A stretch of DNA of 64,000 nt from a bacterium (lineage in GTDB: Bacteria; UBA8248; JACPRG01; G963555815), in contig CBDHDG010000007.1 in the NCBI GenBank assembly GCA_965261595.1, positions 32,001 through 96,000 on the forward strand, given 5' to 3'. The translations under genes were made by a program, and so were the position numbers. This document shows, one piece after another, positions 1 to 10,443 of the stretch. The notes below the pieces were generated by a model, which saw only the letters and a list, made by a program, of their open reading frames with translations, did not search any database and was not told the DNA's origin. Each line of letters begins with the position of its first letter. Positions within the stretch are counted from its first letter, which is position 1.

Positions 1-2
1 CG

Positions 3-956
3 GCAAAGACGACCTTCCTGCTGGACTGGATCGTCTACGGAAAGCACGCCCCGTTTTTTGCGGCTCAGGATTTCGGTTTTTACAAAAAGGTCGGGCTGGA
101 CGTGAAATACATGCGTGGCTTCGGATCGGGGGACACCATCAAGAAGGTCGCCGCCCGGGTGGCCCCGATTGGGTTCGCCGACGCCGCCTCGCTGGTTAAC
201 GCGCGTGCCAACAACCCCGATATCAAGATCAAAGTGGTCGCCATGGGTCACGCCAAAACGATCATGAACGCCTTCTTCTTCAAGGGGAAATATCAGTCGC
301 CCAAGGACTTGGCCGGCGCGCGGATCGGATCGCCCCAGGCCAACGCCGTCCGGGTGATCTTCCCGGCGTTCGCCGCGGCCAACGGGCTGGACGTCAAGTC
401 GGTCAAGTTCATCAATATGACGTACGCACAGGTCACGCCCGCGATGTTGACCGGTCAGATCGATGTGGCCCTTTGGTTTGCCACCGAGGTGCCCAAACAG
501 ATCGAGGCGGCCAAGAAGATCGGAAAAGAGATGGCCTGGTTCTCCTACGGCGACTACGGCGTCAAGGTTTACAACAACGGGATCATCGTCCGGGAAGAAA
601 CCATTCAGTCTAAACCCGATTTTGTCCGCAACGCCGTGAAGGCCAATATCGAAGCCTGGGCGTGGTCCATGGTGAACGTGGACAAGGCCATCGGTAACTT
701 CCTCAAGTACGCCCCGGGGATGAGCGAGCACATCGTTCGCGGGCAGTTCGCCATCGCCCTCGAGTATTTCTTCGACGAGGGCGTCCGGCGACACGGTTTG
801 GGTTATATGGACTTCGACAAGATGGACAAAACCGTCGAGCTCCTCACAAAGCTTCAGAAGCTCAAAAAGCGCGTGCCGACCAAAGACATGTTCACGAACC
901 GCTTCCTTCCCCAATGGCCGGACCTCAAGGCCGCGCTGGGGGACAAGGCTTGGTAA
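3..956 (+). CDS. ABC transporter substrate-binding protein, NMT1/THI5-like (5'-partial)
   Basis: Frame is open from the window edge: AKTTFLLDWIVYGKHAPFFAAQDFGFY..., typical N-terminus of NMT1/SsuA-like binding proteins. Confidence 0.85.
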   Translation, partial: AKTTFLLDWIVYGKHAPFFAAQDFGFYKKVGLDVKYMRGFGSGDTIKKVAARVAPIGFADAASLVNARANNPDIKIKVVAMGHAKTIMNAFFFKGKYQSPKDLAGARIGSPQANAVRVIFPAFAAANGLDVKSVKFINMTYAQVTPAMLTGQIDVALWFATEVPKQIEAAKKIGKEMAWFSYGDYGVKVYNNGIIVREETIQSKPDFVRNAVKANIEAWAWSMVNVDKAIGNFLKYAPGMSEHIVRGQFAIALEYFFDEGVRRHGLGYMDFDKMDKTVELLTKLQKLKKRVPTKDMFTNRFLPQWPDLKAALGDKAW

Positions 957-1080
957 GCTCCAGCGCTCTTCCTATTTTCGCGGAGCTGCCCTGATGAATG
1001 GGTTCGGAGGTTGCGGCCGAATTTCCGGACGCAAGGGGCGGAGCCGGCCGATGGATGAGGAAGACCGGGACGCAAGCCGT

Positions 1081-1120
1081 AATAGGGCGGCGACGCCAAG
1101 CGGGTCGCCGCCCTATTTTT
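1081..1120 (+). terminator. Intrinsic terminator hairpin, probably bidirectional
   Basis: AATAGGGCGGCGAC-9nt-GTCGCCGCCCTATT followed by TTT, between convergent genes. Confidence 0.8.
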
Positions 1121-1258
1121 GATCCTTCCTTCCAGTCTAGTGTCTCGTAAATGGTTTTACATATCGAGACCCGAATGGCCCTTTCCTGCCGGGCAAGGGG
1201 TCATCCGACCCAAACGCCCGGCCAACCGAACGGTGGAACCCGGTGTTTTCAACAGCAG

Positions 1259-1281
1259 GTAGGGCGGGCATCTTGCCCGCC
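1259..1281 (+). repeat. GTAG-type REP-like palindrome
   Basis: GTAG followed by GGCGGGCA-TCT-TGCCCGCC. Confidence 0.6.
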
Positions 1282-1492
1282 TTCTCTGCTCTACACCAGC
1301 CGATGGGTGGCTTCGGACGGAATAGGCTACGTGTCCGCGCAGCCATGATAACGGAGGAGTGGGAGGCGCTGGTTGCGGTTAATCTGGAAGAGGGGCGGGT
1401 CGACGGACTCCACCGGGTCAATAGACCCACCGCGGACTCGGGCCCTTTCACCAAGTCGGACATGAATCACGGAGGGGCGGTGGAGATTTCGG

Positions 1493-2839
1493 CTAATACC
1501 TGAGTTTGGCCTTTTCGTTGTCTGCAAGGATGAGCAGGACGCCCTTGCGCGGATGGAGGTGTTTCTTCGCGACGCGGAGAACGTCCGCCCGGGTCACGCC
1601 GCGAATCAGCCCCGGGTATCTTTCGGCGAAGTCCAGGCCGAGACCGTAGAGCTCGACGGAGGTGTAAAAGGTTACGAGGTTCCGGTTGCCCGACAGGCTG
1701 AGGGGGAAGCTTCCCGTGATGAAGGCCTTGGCGTCGTCCAGCTCTTTCTCCGTCACGGGCTCCTCACGCATCCGCTCGATTTGTTGGAACAGGGCGTCCA
1801 AGGCCCGGTTGGCGGTCTCGTTCCGGGTTCCCAGACCCGCCTGGAAGGCCCCCGCCTGGAGCCCATAGGAGAAGGAGCTCCAGGCGCTGTAGGCTAGCCC
1901 CTGCTCCTCCCGGATGGTTCTGAGGATCCTCGACTCGAACCCCCCCCCGCCGAGGATGTAATTCATCACCCGGACGGCGTAGTAATCGGGATCTCCCCGA
2001 AGGGGGCCCGGATGTCCGAAGAGCACGCGCGCCTGGGCCACCCCCCTTTGGATTTTCTCAACCTTCCGCTTTTCCGGAAGCTTGGGAGCCGGAAACGTCT
2101 TGACCTCGGGCGGCGAGCCCGTCCATCCGGCAAAGGCCTGATTCAGCCGCGCTTCCGCCGCCGGCCGGCTGATGTCTCCGACGACCACGGCGATGGCCCC
2201 GCCCGGCCGGTAGAAGTCCCGGTGGAAGCGGACGACGTCCTCCCGCGTGATCGACCTCAGCGTCGGCGCGTCGCCGACAACCCTCCTCCCGTAGGGGTGG
2301 GAGCCGTAAAGCGCTTTGCGGAAGGCCACACGGGCCAGGGAGGCGGGATCTTGCTTGCTCCGCTCGATTCGGCCGATGTTCTCTTTCACCGTCCGGCGGA
2401 GCTCTTTTTCGGGAAAAGAAGGATGGAGTGCCATTTCCGCGAAAAGACGCAGACCCTCTTCCAGGTCGGAGCGGAGGACTGTTATCCCTCCGCTGGACGT
2501 GTCCCGGCCCGCGCTGAACCCGATCCGTCCGCCCAATTCATCTATGGCCTCGAGCAGTTCGGTCCCGGTTCGGTTTTTCGTCCCTTCGGACAAGAGTTGG
2601 GCGGTGAGATTGGCCAGCCCCGCCTTCTCCGCCGGCTCGGCGGCGGCGCCCGCGCGGAAGGTGATTCGAACCGTAACCAGCGGCAGCGACCGCTGTTCGA
2701 TGTGGATGAGAATCATCCCGTTGGGAAGGACCGTCCGCGTGGCGCGCGTCCGGGCTTCCACGGACCCGGCGCAGAGCAGGATCGCCGTGAGAATCGCCGC
2801 GAGGGACGGGAGGAGCGGGGAGTTCCGTTTCGGCTTCAT
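1493..2839 (-). CDS. M16 (pitrilysin-family) peptidase, non-catalytic-type subunit
   Basis: Signal peptide, LPNGM start, GLANLTAQLL in place of HxxEH, ILGGGGFESR motif. Confidence 0.9.
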   Translation of the reverse strand: MKPKRNSPLLPSLAAILTAILLCAGSVEARTRATRTVLPNGMILIHIEQRSLPLVTVRITFRAGAAAEPAEKAGLANLTAQLLSEGTKNRTGTELLEAIDELGGRIGFSAGRDTSSGGITVLRSDLEEGLRLFAEMALHPSFPEKELRRTVKENIGRIERSKQDPASLARVAFRKALYGSHPYGRRVVGDAPTLRSITREDVVRFHRDFYRPGGAIAVVVGDISRPAAEARLNQAFAGWTGSPPEVKTFPAPKLPEKRKVEKIQRGVAQARVLFGHPGPLRGDPDYYAVRVMNYILGGGGFESRILRTIREEQGLAYSAWSSFSYGLQAGAFQAGLGTRNETANRALDALFQQIERMREEPVTEKELDDAKAFITGSFPLSLSGNRNLVTFYTSVELYGLGLDFAERYPGLIRGVTRADVLRVAKKHLHPRKGVLLILADNEKAKLRY

Positions 2840-4233
2840 TGAATGTGTCCCCCCCCTCCGCGCGGACCCGCCGCGGGCCGGCGGCCCTCCAGCGGAAGCG
2901 GGTCCAGAATTCCGACGGTGCGGTTCTCCTTAACCAAGTGGTTTTGGGCGGCGCGCATCACGTCCTTGGCGGTGACGGCGGCAATCTTCGGCAGGTACTC
3001 GGTTAGCCACTTCCACGACCCGGCGATCTCCGCCCGTCCCAGGGCCATGGCGCGGTAGAACTGCGAATCCAGCCGGATGACGTATTCAGCCGCGAGCCGG
3101 CGTTTCACCCGCCGGAGCTCGGCTTGGGTTGGAGGCGTCTTCTTCATCCTCTCGACCTGCTCCCACAGGGCGGCTTCCACCCGTTTCACCGGGACGCCGG
3201 GAGCCGGCTGGGCATAAACGGTGAACATCCCCGGGTCGATGGAAATGCCCGGGTAGCCCGCTCCCACGGAAAGGACGAGCTGGTTTTCCCGCTGGAGGAT
3301 CCGATCGAGACGCGCGCTTCCGCTCCCCCCCAGGATCTCGCCCAGAACATCCAGGGCGTAGGCATCGCTGTTCCGGTAAGTGGGAACGTGAAAGGCGGCG
3401 CCGATATAAGGAAGCCGGGCCGGTTTCCTCACCCGGATCCGGCGCTCGCCCCGCTGTCGGGGCTCTTTGGCGGTGACGGGGGGCGCGGCGCGGCCGCCCG
3501 GAATGGGGCCGAAGTGCTTGCGGATCAGCGCCATCATCGGCTCGGGCTCGAAGTCGCCGACCGCTACGATGAAAGCGTTGCGGGGAGTGTAGTGCGCCTT
3601 GTAAAAATGCCACGCCTCATGGGGGGTGAGCCTTTGGATGTCGGTTTCCCAGCCGATGACCGGCGAGCCGTAGGGGTGCGCCTGGTAAGCGGCCCCCCGG
3701 AGGTTTTCCCATAGAAAGGAAGTGGGATTGTCATCCACGCTGCGCGTGCGCTCCTCCTGAACGACGTTGCGCTCGAGCAGGAACTCTTTGGGGTCCAGCA
3801 GGAGGTTCTTCATGCGGTCGGCTTCGAGCTCGATGGCGACTTCCACCCGGTCGGCGGCGATGCGCTCGAAGTAGGCCGTGTAATCCTGGCTGGTGAACGC
3901 GTTGTGCCGGCCGCCGTTGCGCTGAACGATGTTGGAAAAGGCTTTTGCGCCGAAGCGCTTTGTGCCCTTGAACATCATGTGCTCGAGGAGGTGGGCCAGC
4001 CCGGTCTTGCCCGGCAGCTCGTTTCGGGCGCCTACGCGGTACCAAATCATGAAGGTGACGACCGGGACCCGCGAATCCCGCAGCAGGAGGACTTTCAACC
4101 CGTTGGGGAGCGTCTCCTCGTGGATGTCCCACGGGACTTCCGGAACGGCGCCGACTCCCCGGGCGGGAGCGGGCTGCATGGCCCACCCGAACACCGCAAG
4201 GATCACCGCCGCGAGAAGCGCCTTTTTTCGCAT
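2836..4233 (-). CDS. M16 zinc peptidase, catalytic subunit
   Basis: GLAHLLEHMMFKGT (HxxEH) and NAFTSQDYT; stop overlaps the partner start; start placed at MRKKALL. Confidence 0.92.
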   Translation of the reverse strand: MRKKALLAAVILAVFGWAMQPAPARGVGAVPEVPWDIHEETLPNGLKVLLLRDSRVPVVTFMIWYRVGARNELPGKTGLAHLLEHMMFKGTKRFGAKAFSNIVQRNGGRHNAFTSQDYTAYFERIAADRVEVAIELEADRMKNLLLDPKEFLLERNVVQEERTRSVDDNPTSFLWENLRGAAYQAHPYGSPVIGWETDIQRLTPHEAWHFYKAHYTPRNAFIVAVGDFEPEPMMALIRKHFGPIPGGRAAPPVTAKEPRQRGERRIRVRKPARLPYIGAAFHVPTYRNSDAYALDVLGEILGGSGSARLDRILQRENQLVLSVGAGYPGISIDPGMFTVYAQPAPGVPVKRVEAALWEQVERMKKTPPTQAELRRVKRRLAAEYVIRLDSQFYRAMALGRAEIAGSWKWLTEYLPKIAAVTAKDVMRAAQNHLVKENRTVGILDPLPLEGRRPAAGPRGGGGHIQ

Positions 4234-4510
4234 GAAAGAACCTTTCCGTTGTCGGAAGGGAAGGGGCGCGGGTCCGACCGCGCGTCTGCTCACAAGAGAT
4301 AAGCCCTTGGGTCGGGCGTGGCAAGGGTTATCGAGGATTCGGAAGGCGGCGGGGGATCGGGTCGCAAAATGGGCTGGGCCTAACCTGGATTTCTCACAAG
4401 ACGAAATGTCCGAACGGGACAGGTCGAATGAACCGGTTATATCTCAACGATTTTCCCAACGAGCGTATATTGAGCGAACCCCAACATTCTGTTCCCCGCG
4501 GGCGTGTGAC

Positions 4511-4595
4511 GGGCCGGGGCGGGGAACCGGCCCCTACATCGAAAAAACCCAGCTTGTGCGTAGGGGCGGGGCTCCGTACCCGCCCCAGAAATGTC
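4511..4595. repeat. Divergent GTAG-REP doublet (REPIN-like), copy 1
   Basis: ...CCGGCCCCTAC (4511-4537) and GTAGGGGCGGGGCTCCGTACCCGCCCC (4560-4586); inverted near-copy at 10213-10306. Confidence 0.7.
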
Positions 4596-4672
4596 GGGTG
4601 ATCCACCGGACCTTTCGCTGATCCGCCACGTGTAGGACATTATTTATGCCATCCTCAATAAAGGACCGATTC

Positions 4673-5821
4673 TTATGTTGAGACTTCCGTCATGGCCTCC
4701 TCAACGTGGACTCGGGCATCCGGTTCTGAAACCGAGCGGGCTTCTAAACACACGGTGCATCGGACGCCGCGTTCCGCCCGGTCGGCGATCTCCAGTCTTC
4801 CGCAATGCCGCTGAACGATCCCTTTGGCGATGGTCAAACCCAGACCGCGGGTGCGGCCCTTGCGGGTTGTCACGAAGGGTTCGAGGACGTGATCCCGAAC
4901 GCTCGGGTCCAGGCCCGGCCCCTGGTCGGTGATCTCGACGAATGCCTGGGCTCCTTCGGCGCGGGTCGTGACGCGAACCTCGCCGCCGTCGGGCATGGCC
5001 TCCATCGCGTTTTTGAGCAGACAGATGAAGGCGGTCTGCAAGTCCACCGCGATCCCCGTGCAGAGGAGAGGCCGCTGAAAATCGATGACAAAGTCATACG
5101 GGACCTCCGAGAGTTTCGAATGACGCTCCGCCCAGGTTTTCACGGTGGACAGGGAGGTTTCCACCACCGCGTTCAGTTGGACGGGTCCCATGGGAATAGG
5201 GCTCGTTTGATGAGAGAAATCCTGGAGCCGCTTGACAAGCTCGGCGGCGTCCTCGGCGGCCTTTTCGGCCTTGAGGGCGTGACGGTCCAGTTCCGCGGGG
5301 GGATCCTTCATCCGCAGCATCTGGAGGCGGCCGAGGATGATCATCAAGTGGTTGTTGAAATCATGCGCGATCCCGCCGGAAAGCTGGCCCAGGATCTTGA
5401 TTCGCTCGTCATGGAGCGAGACCGGGGATTTCTGAGACGGGCCGTTTCCAGCGGCGGAGGGGTCGGCCGCGTCCAACGGGCCGCAGAAGAACGACAGATA
5501 GGAGAACAGGTCCCGCTTCGACTGATCCTCGATGGACGTGATCGCTCCGCCGGCCTGGTAAAGGTCCGGGATCTCCGGATGCGGAGTGCACCACTTGACG
5601 TCCATTTGCAGGGCGATTTGTTTTCTCTCACCGAAAAATCGGTGATAATCGGCCGGTATGTTGAGTGAAAGGTCGGTCCTGGAGCCGATTTCCAGGACCC
5701 GGTCACACTCGATTTGGGCGCCGCTGATGGAGACATCCCGGAGGTAAACGCTGTTTCCCTCCAACTTGATCGGAACGTCCAGCAACATGCGGGGGGATGT
5801 TCTTCGCTCTTGGTCTTCCAT
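4673..5821 (-). CDS. PilZ-domain sensor histidine kinase
   Basis: N-terminal RRTSPR and DVSISG (PilZ); H-box AHDFNN; NAMEAM, DQGPG, FVTT, GLGL boxes. Confidence 0.85.
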   Translation of the reverse strand: MEDQERRTSPRMLLDVPIKLEGNSVYLRDVSISGAQIECDRVLEIGSRTDLSLNIPADYHRFFGERKQIALQMDVKWCTPHPEIPDLYQAGGAITSIEDQSKRDLFSYLSFFCGPLDAADPSAAGNGPSQKSPVSLHDERIKILGQLSGGIAHDFNNHLMIILGRLQMLRMKDPPAELDRHALKAEKAAEDAAELVKRLQDFSHQTSPIPMGPVQLNAVVETSLSTVKTWAERHSKLSEVPYDFVIDFQRPLLCTGIAVDLQTAFICLLKNAMEAMPDGGEVRVTTRAEGAQAFVEITDQGPGLDPSVRDHVLEPFVTTRKGRTRGLGLTIAKGIVQRHCGRLEIADRAERGVRCTVCLEARSVSEPDARVHVEEAMTEVST

Positions 5822-6015
5822 TGAAGTCGCCTTCCGTGGTTGCCAGCCTGAGTGCGAACGAAAAAAACGGAATTCACCCTCGAATTTATATATCGGTTGG
5901 TCTTGGTATCATCTGAGCCATAACTTGTGATTTTCGGCTTTTCAGCCGGAAGGGGAACGGTGGAGTATTCCGCATTTCGGGGCGGCGCGCTTTTTTGGAT
6001 GTGCTTTATGTCGCC

Positions 6016-6822
6016 CTACCACGCCAGCCAGCCTCCGTCCACGGGCAGGATGTGCCCCGTGACGAGGCCGGAAGCCTCCGAGGCCAGGAAGATGGCCGCG
6101 CCCTTGAGCTCCTCGGGCAGGCCGATTCGCCGGAGCGGCATGCGGTCGTAAACGTGGTCCCGGAACGCTTCCCCCCACAGGGGGGCGTCCGCCCCGCCGA
6201 GGTCCGTTTTGAACACGCCGGGGGCGATGGCGTTCACGCGGATTCCGTCCCGCGCCCACTCGACGGCCAGTTGTCGGGTCAGGTTGGCCACGCCGGCCTT
6301 CGAGGCGGCGTAGGCCGCCACCGGGAAGCTCGGCCCGGCCGCGAGGCCCCAGATCGAGCTGATGTTGATGATGCCGCCCCCCCCGCGGGCCTTCAGGTGG
6401 GGATAAACCGCCTGGCTGCACCAGAAGACGCCGTCCAGATTGATCGACATCAGCGTCCGCCAGTGCTCGGGCGGCATGTCCTCGGCGGAGTGGGGGCCGT
6501 CGTGGGTCCGGCTGCCGACGCCGGCGTTGTTGATCAGGATGTCGATGCCCCCGAGGGTGTCGGCGACCTCCTTCATCAGGGAAAAGACCTGTTCCCGGTC
6601 CGAGACGTCGACCTCATGGAAATGGGCCTTGTGGCCTTGCCCCCTCAGAGATTGGACGCTTTTCGTTCCTTCTTCTTTCAGCCGGTCGGCCAGGACCACT
6701 TCCGCCCCCGCCTCGGCCAGGCCCGTCGCCATGCCCAGACCGAGTCCCCGGGCGCCTCCGGTCACGACGGCGATCTTGCCTTCCAGGCTGAACATCTCCG
6801 GAAAGGATTGCGGAGAAGTCAT
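6016..6822 (-). CDS. Short-chain dehydrogenase/reductase
   Basis: VTGGARGLG, INNAG, YAASK motifs; start placed at MTSPQ. Confidence 0.92.
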   Translation of the reverse strand: MTSPQSFPEMFSLEGKIAVVTGGARGLGLGMATGLAEAGAEVVLADRLKEEGTKSVQSLRGQGHKAHFHEVDVSDREQVFSLMKEVADTLGGIDILINNAGVGSRTHDGPHSAEDMPPEHWRTLMSINLDGVFWCSQAVYPHLKARGGGGIINISSIWGLAAGPSFPVAAYAASKAGVANLTRQLAVEWARDGIRVNAIAPGVFKTDLGGADAPLWGEAFRDHVYDRMPLRRIGLPEELKGAAIFLASEASGLVTGHILPVDGGWLAW

Positions 6823-7190
6823 CGCTGTTGAATTCCTTCTGCGTGAGGTTCTTTCCCGGCCCGCCTCTATCGGCGGGCGCGCGTGGACGATGGTGTTCGA
6901 CCCGGATCCTGTCGAATCCGACCGGCCTGGTTTCCCTGCGCCGGGATCGCCAAAACTGTCTCGGACGCCCATAGTTTAGCCCAAAATGGGGCGAGCCGGG
7001 CAACGATTTGTTTTCGGCCCTGTTGGATCCACCTTTTCCCTTGCGGAGCGGGCGGAGCCGCAAGCGCCCCCATTGGACAATCATATTCGCGGTCAGTACA
7101 CTTTCGATTACACTGATTCCGGCTTGAAAAACAGCGCCGGGATCGGTCTTTCGGCTCCATCGGCCGTTCCGGGGGGAAACAGGGGAGGGC

Positions 7191-7865
7191 ATGGCGATGG
7201 CCATGGACAGCACGGAATTCGCGAAGAAGATGATTGCAAGGGCGGATGAGTTCGCCGGGATGATGGAGGAGAAGGTGTACCATGACCGCACGCCCCTGTC
7301 GGAGGCGCGGACGATCGCGATGCTGAAGTCCCAGATGTACCGGGAGTACTTCCTGGGCGTTCTGCCTCCCGCGAAGCAGCTCCTCATGATCCCGGATTCC
7401 GAGGTGAGCCTGAAAGTCCTGATCACCCGGCAGCTTTGCGAAGAGTTCCTGCACTGCCGGGTGCTCTCGGACCGATTGGAGGAGCTGGGGGCCAACGGTG
7501 ACCTGAGCGCGTACGAGCCGGTGGAGCAGGACGTAGGGATGTATGCCTTGACGTTCGAATTCCAGACGCCATGGGAGATCGCCGCCTCGCTTCAGGTATT
7601 CGGTGAGACGATCCTCATCGCGACCCAGAAATGGATGATCGAGATTCTCGATCCTCGGAGCGCTCAGCTCATGCGGGATGAGATCCTCGTTCACGAGGGC
7701 TCTCACATCCGCAACGGGCGGCTGGTGCTCGAAAAGTATGCGACCACCGAGGAGATCCAGCGCCGCGTCGAAGAGGTCGGCGACCGGAAGTACGAGCAGA
7801 TCTGCAAATCTTACGGCCTGCCCATGTTCAAAACGTTTGACATGGCTGCCGGCCGGGCGGGTTGA
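7191..7865 (+). CDS. Ferritin-like diiron-carboxylate protein
   Basis: Two ExxH motifs (EEFLH, HEGSH); RBS GGGAGG. Confidence 0.7.
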   Translation: MAMAMDSTEFAKKMIARADEFAGMMEEKVYHDRTPLSEARTIAMLKSQMYREYFLGVLPPAKQLLMIPDSEVSLKVLITRQLCEEFLHCRVLSDRLEELGANGDLSAYEPVEQDVGMYALTFEFQTPWEIAASLQVFGETILIATQKWMIEILDPRSAQLMRDEILVHEGSHIRNGRLVLEKYATTEEIQRRVEEVGDRKYEQICKSYGLPMFKTFDMAAGRAG

Positions 7866-7902
7866 CGAAGGTCGGAGAAGACATTCAGGAAGGAGATCGG
7901 CC

Positions 7903-8538
7903 ATGTACAAGGTTCCGGCGGAGACGGAAGATTTTTTAAGGGATTTTCTCCGCGGCGCCCTGAGCAGCGCCCAGCGCCTGGCCGGGGACGCCATCGCCCT
8001 TTTCGAGCGGGGATCTTATCCCTCCGCCCAGTTTCTCGCCCTGTCCGCGATGGAGGAGATGGCCAAGCTCCAGGAGCTTCGCCGGCCGTTTATCGCGATC
8101 CGGGAGAAGGCGGACCTCGACGCCGCCTTGGCCGGTCTGGAGGAAAAACTGGCGGAGGGCCGGCAGCGTCAGAAGACCTGGTTCGAGGCCGCTTCCTACA
8201 TGGTGGTGGAAGACCCCAAGGAGTGGGCGCACATCGTGGATATGGTCTCGCGGATGGTCCGCACCTGGGGGCGGGATGCGCTGCTCGAAAAACGCCTGAA
8301 AAGCCTAACCGTGGACGCGAATGTGGCGGAAAGGAAGGTCTCGAAACCGGACCAGGCGGTCACGCGGGAGGACGCCTACTATTTCATCTGCGCGGCCCAG
8401 GAGATGATCGTCGACTATGGAGACAAGGCCGTCGATCCCTTCCCCCTGGAGGGAGGGAACCCGTTCGAGACCTTCGATCTCTGGCAGTCGGCGGATCAGG
8501 CTTTGCGGGATTTTATGCGGAAACACGCGACCCGGTGA
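7903..8538 (+). CDS. AbiV-like HEPN-fold protein
   Basis: AQRLAGDAIALFERGSYPSAQFLALSAMEEMAK resembles the AbiV/HEPN N-terminal helices; RBS AGGAG. Confidence 0.6.
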   Translation: MYKVPAETEDFLRDFLRGALSSAQRLAGDAIALFERGSYPSAQFLALSAMEEMAKLQELRRPFIAIREKADLDAALAGLEEKLAEGRQRQKTWFEAASYMVVEDPKEWAHIVDMVSRMVRTWGRDALLEKRLKSLTVDANVAERKVSKPDQAVTREDAYYFICAAQEMIVDYGDKAVDPFPLEGGNPFETFDLWQSADQALRDFMRKHATR

Positions 8539-8584
8539 GGGTCGGCTTGCCGGTGGATTGAACCCATAGGGAGGGAGCCGCGTC

Positions 8585-10147
8585 ATGTCGACGATGCGTC
8601 CCATGATTGTCTGCCGTCGCGGGGCCGTGGCGGCCGGAGACCCGGCGGCGGCCGCCGCCGGTGTGCGAATGCTCTCCGAAGGCGGAAACGCCGTCGACGC
8701 GGCCGTGGCGGCGGCGGCGGTCCTGACCGTCGTTCATCCCCAGGCGTGCGGCATCGGCGGCGACGGGTTCATGCTCATCGGCCGGGCCGGGAGTGTCATC
8801 GGGATCAACGCCTGCGGGCCGGCCCCGGCGGCCGCGGACCGGGCGATGCACCCGGACGGCATCCTGGACCACGGCCCCCGATGCGCGACCGTTCCGGGGG
8901 TGGTGGACGGCTGGGCCCGGGCCCTCGCCGACCACGGAACACGGACGCTCGGCGAAGCCCTGGCCTCGGCGATTGAATTCGCCGAGGAGGGATTTCCGGT
9001 CCATCCCAGGTTCATCGAATGGCTCGGCAGAAACGGGGGCGTGTTGGCCGAAGGCGGAGTCGGCCCCTCCCCCTTTATGCCGGAGGGTGAGCTTCCGGCG
9101 ATCGGGACGCTGATTCGACAGCCTGAGCTGGCCGATTGTCTGCGCGCCGTCGCCGAAGGCGGCCGGGATGCGTATTACAAGGGGATTGTCGCGAAAAAGC
9201 TGGCGGCGGGCATCCGCGAAGCCGGGGGATATTTCTCAGAAGAGGATTTCGCCGCCTATTCCTGCCGGGTCGTCGAGCCCCTCAGCGTCCCCTATCGGGG
9301 TCTGACATTCCATCAAATCCCGCCCAACTCATGGGGGATGCTGATGCTCATGCAGCTCCGGGTGTTGGACGGCCTGGACGTGGCCGGGATGGGGCATAAC
9401 TCGGCGCGGCTTCTCCACCATTTGATGGAGACCCGGCGCGTCTGTTTCGCCTCCGGCCGCCCCCACATCTCCGACCCGGATTTCTCGGACCTTCCCGTGG
9501 ACCGGCTTTTGTCCGAGGGGTGCGCCGCGGAGCTGCGCGCCGGCATCGATCCGACCCGGGCGGGCGGCAAGACGGCGGGAGAGCCCAAGGGCGGGACGTC
9601 TTACGTCACGGTCATGGACGACCGGGGCAACGCCGTCTCCCACATTCTGAGCGTCTTTCATCCCTTCGGCTCCGGATTCGTCCCGAAGGGGACGGGCATC
9701 CTCATGAACAACCGGCTTTGCGGCTTCACGCTGGAGACGGGGCATCCCAACGCGCTCGCGCCCGGCAAGCGGCCGGCGCATACGCTCAGCCCGGCGATGG
9801 CCGTGAAGGACGGGAACCCTCTCATCTCTTTCGGCACGCCGGGAGCGGCCTCCCAGACGGTGACGCTGACGCAGATTGCGCTCAATCTGGTGGATTTCGG
9901 CATGGACGTCCAAGCCGCCATCGAGGCCCCCCGTTGGGCGATCGACCGGGAGGGCATTCCGATGCTTGAAGCCGAAATCGGCGATGATGTCCGCTGGGCG
10001 CTCGAGGCCATGGGGCATGTCTTCGGCTCGGCCGAGGCGAGCAGGCTGCTTTTCGGCTCGGCCAAGGTTGTCATGCGCGACCCGGACAGCGGGGCGATTT
10101 TCGCCGGCGCGGACTTCCGCCGGTACGGCTATGCCATCGGCGTGTAA
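8585..10147 (+). CDS. Gamma-glutamyltransferase family protein
   Basis: GGNAVDAA, GIGGDGF, nucleophile T in GTSYV, PGKRPAHT, GTPG. Confidence 0.92.
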   Translation: MSTMRPMIVCRRGAVAAGDPAAAAAGVRMLSEGGNAVDAAVAAAAVLTVVHPQACGIGGDGFMLIGRAGSVIGINACGPAPAAADRAMHPDGILDHGPRCATVPGVVDGWARALADHGTRTLGEALASAIEFAEEGFPVHPRFIEWLGRNGGVLAEGGVGPSPFMPEGELPAIGTLIRQPELADCLRAVAEGGRDAYYKGIVAKKLAAGIREAGGYFSEEDFAAYSCRVVEPLSVPYRGLTFHQIPPNSWGMLMLMQLRVLDGLDVAGMGHNSARLLHHLMETRRVCFASGRPHISDPDFSDLPVDRLLSEGCAAELRAGIDPTRAGGKTAGEPKGGTSYVTVMDDRGNAVSHILSVFHPFGSGFVPKGTGILMNNRLCGFTLETGHPNALAPGKRPAHTLSPAMAVKDGNPLISFGTPGAASQTVTLTQIALNLVDFGMDVQAAIEAPRWAIDREGIPMLEAEIGDDVRWALEAMGHVFGSAEASRLLFGSAKVVMRDPDSGAIFAGADFRRYGYAIGV

Positions 10148-10212
10148 TCTATTGAGGATGGCATCAATAGTGTCCTGCACCGAGCGGCTCGACAAAAATC
10201 CCGGAGGAATCC

Positions 10213-10306
10213 CCGACACTTCTGGGACGGGTACGGAGCCCCGCCTCTACATATGAGTCATCGTACGCGCTTTTCCATGTAGGGGCCCGGGCTCTGTACC
10301 GGCCCC
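10213..10306. repeat. Divergent GTAG-REP doublet (REPIN-like), copy 2
   Basis: CCGACACTTCTGGGACGGGTACGGAGCCCCGCCTCTAC ... GTAGGGGCCCGGGCTCTGTACCGGCCCC. Confidence 0.7.
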
Positions 10307-10443
10307 CCCTGTGGGGCGACGCGTGATCCGTAAGCTGGTGGTGCAGCCGCGTCAGATTGGGGCTACACCCTCGGAGCGGGTGTCGCGAGAGTCCGCGAAT
10401 TTCTGAAACTGGGCGCCAGGCTCCGTCCTTTCCGTAGAGGCTC

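Noticed and set aside
991..997. CTGATGA as a hammerhead ribozyme core
   Set aside because: No downstream GAAA with matching stems.
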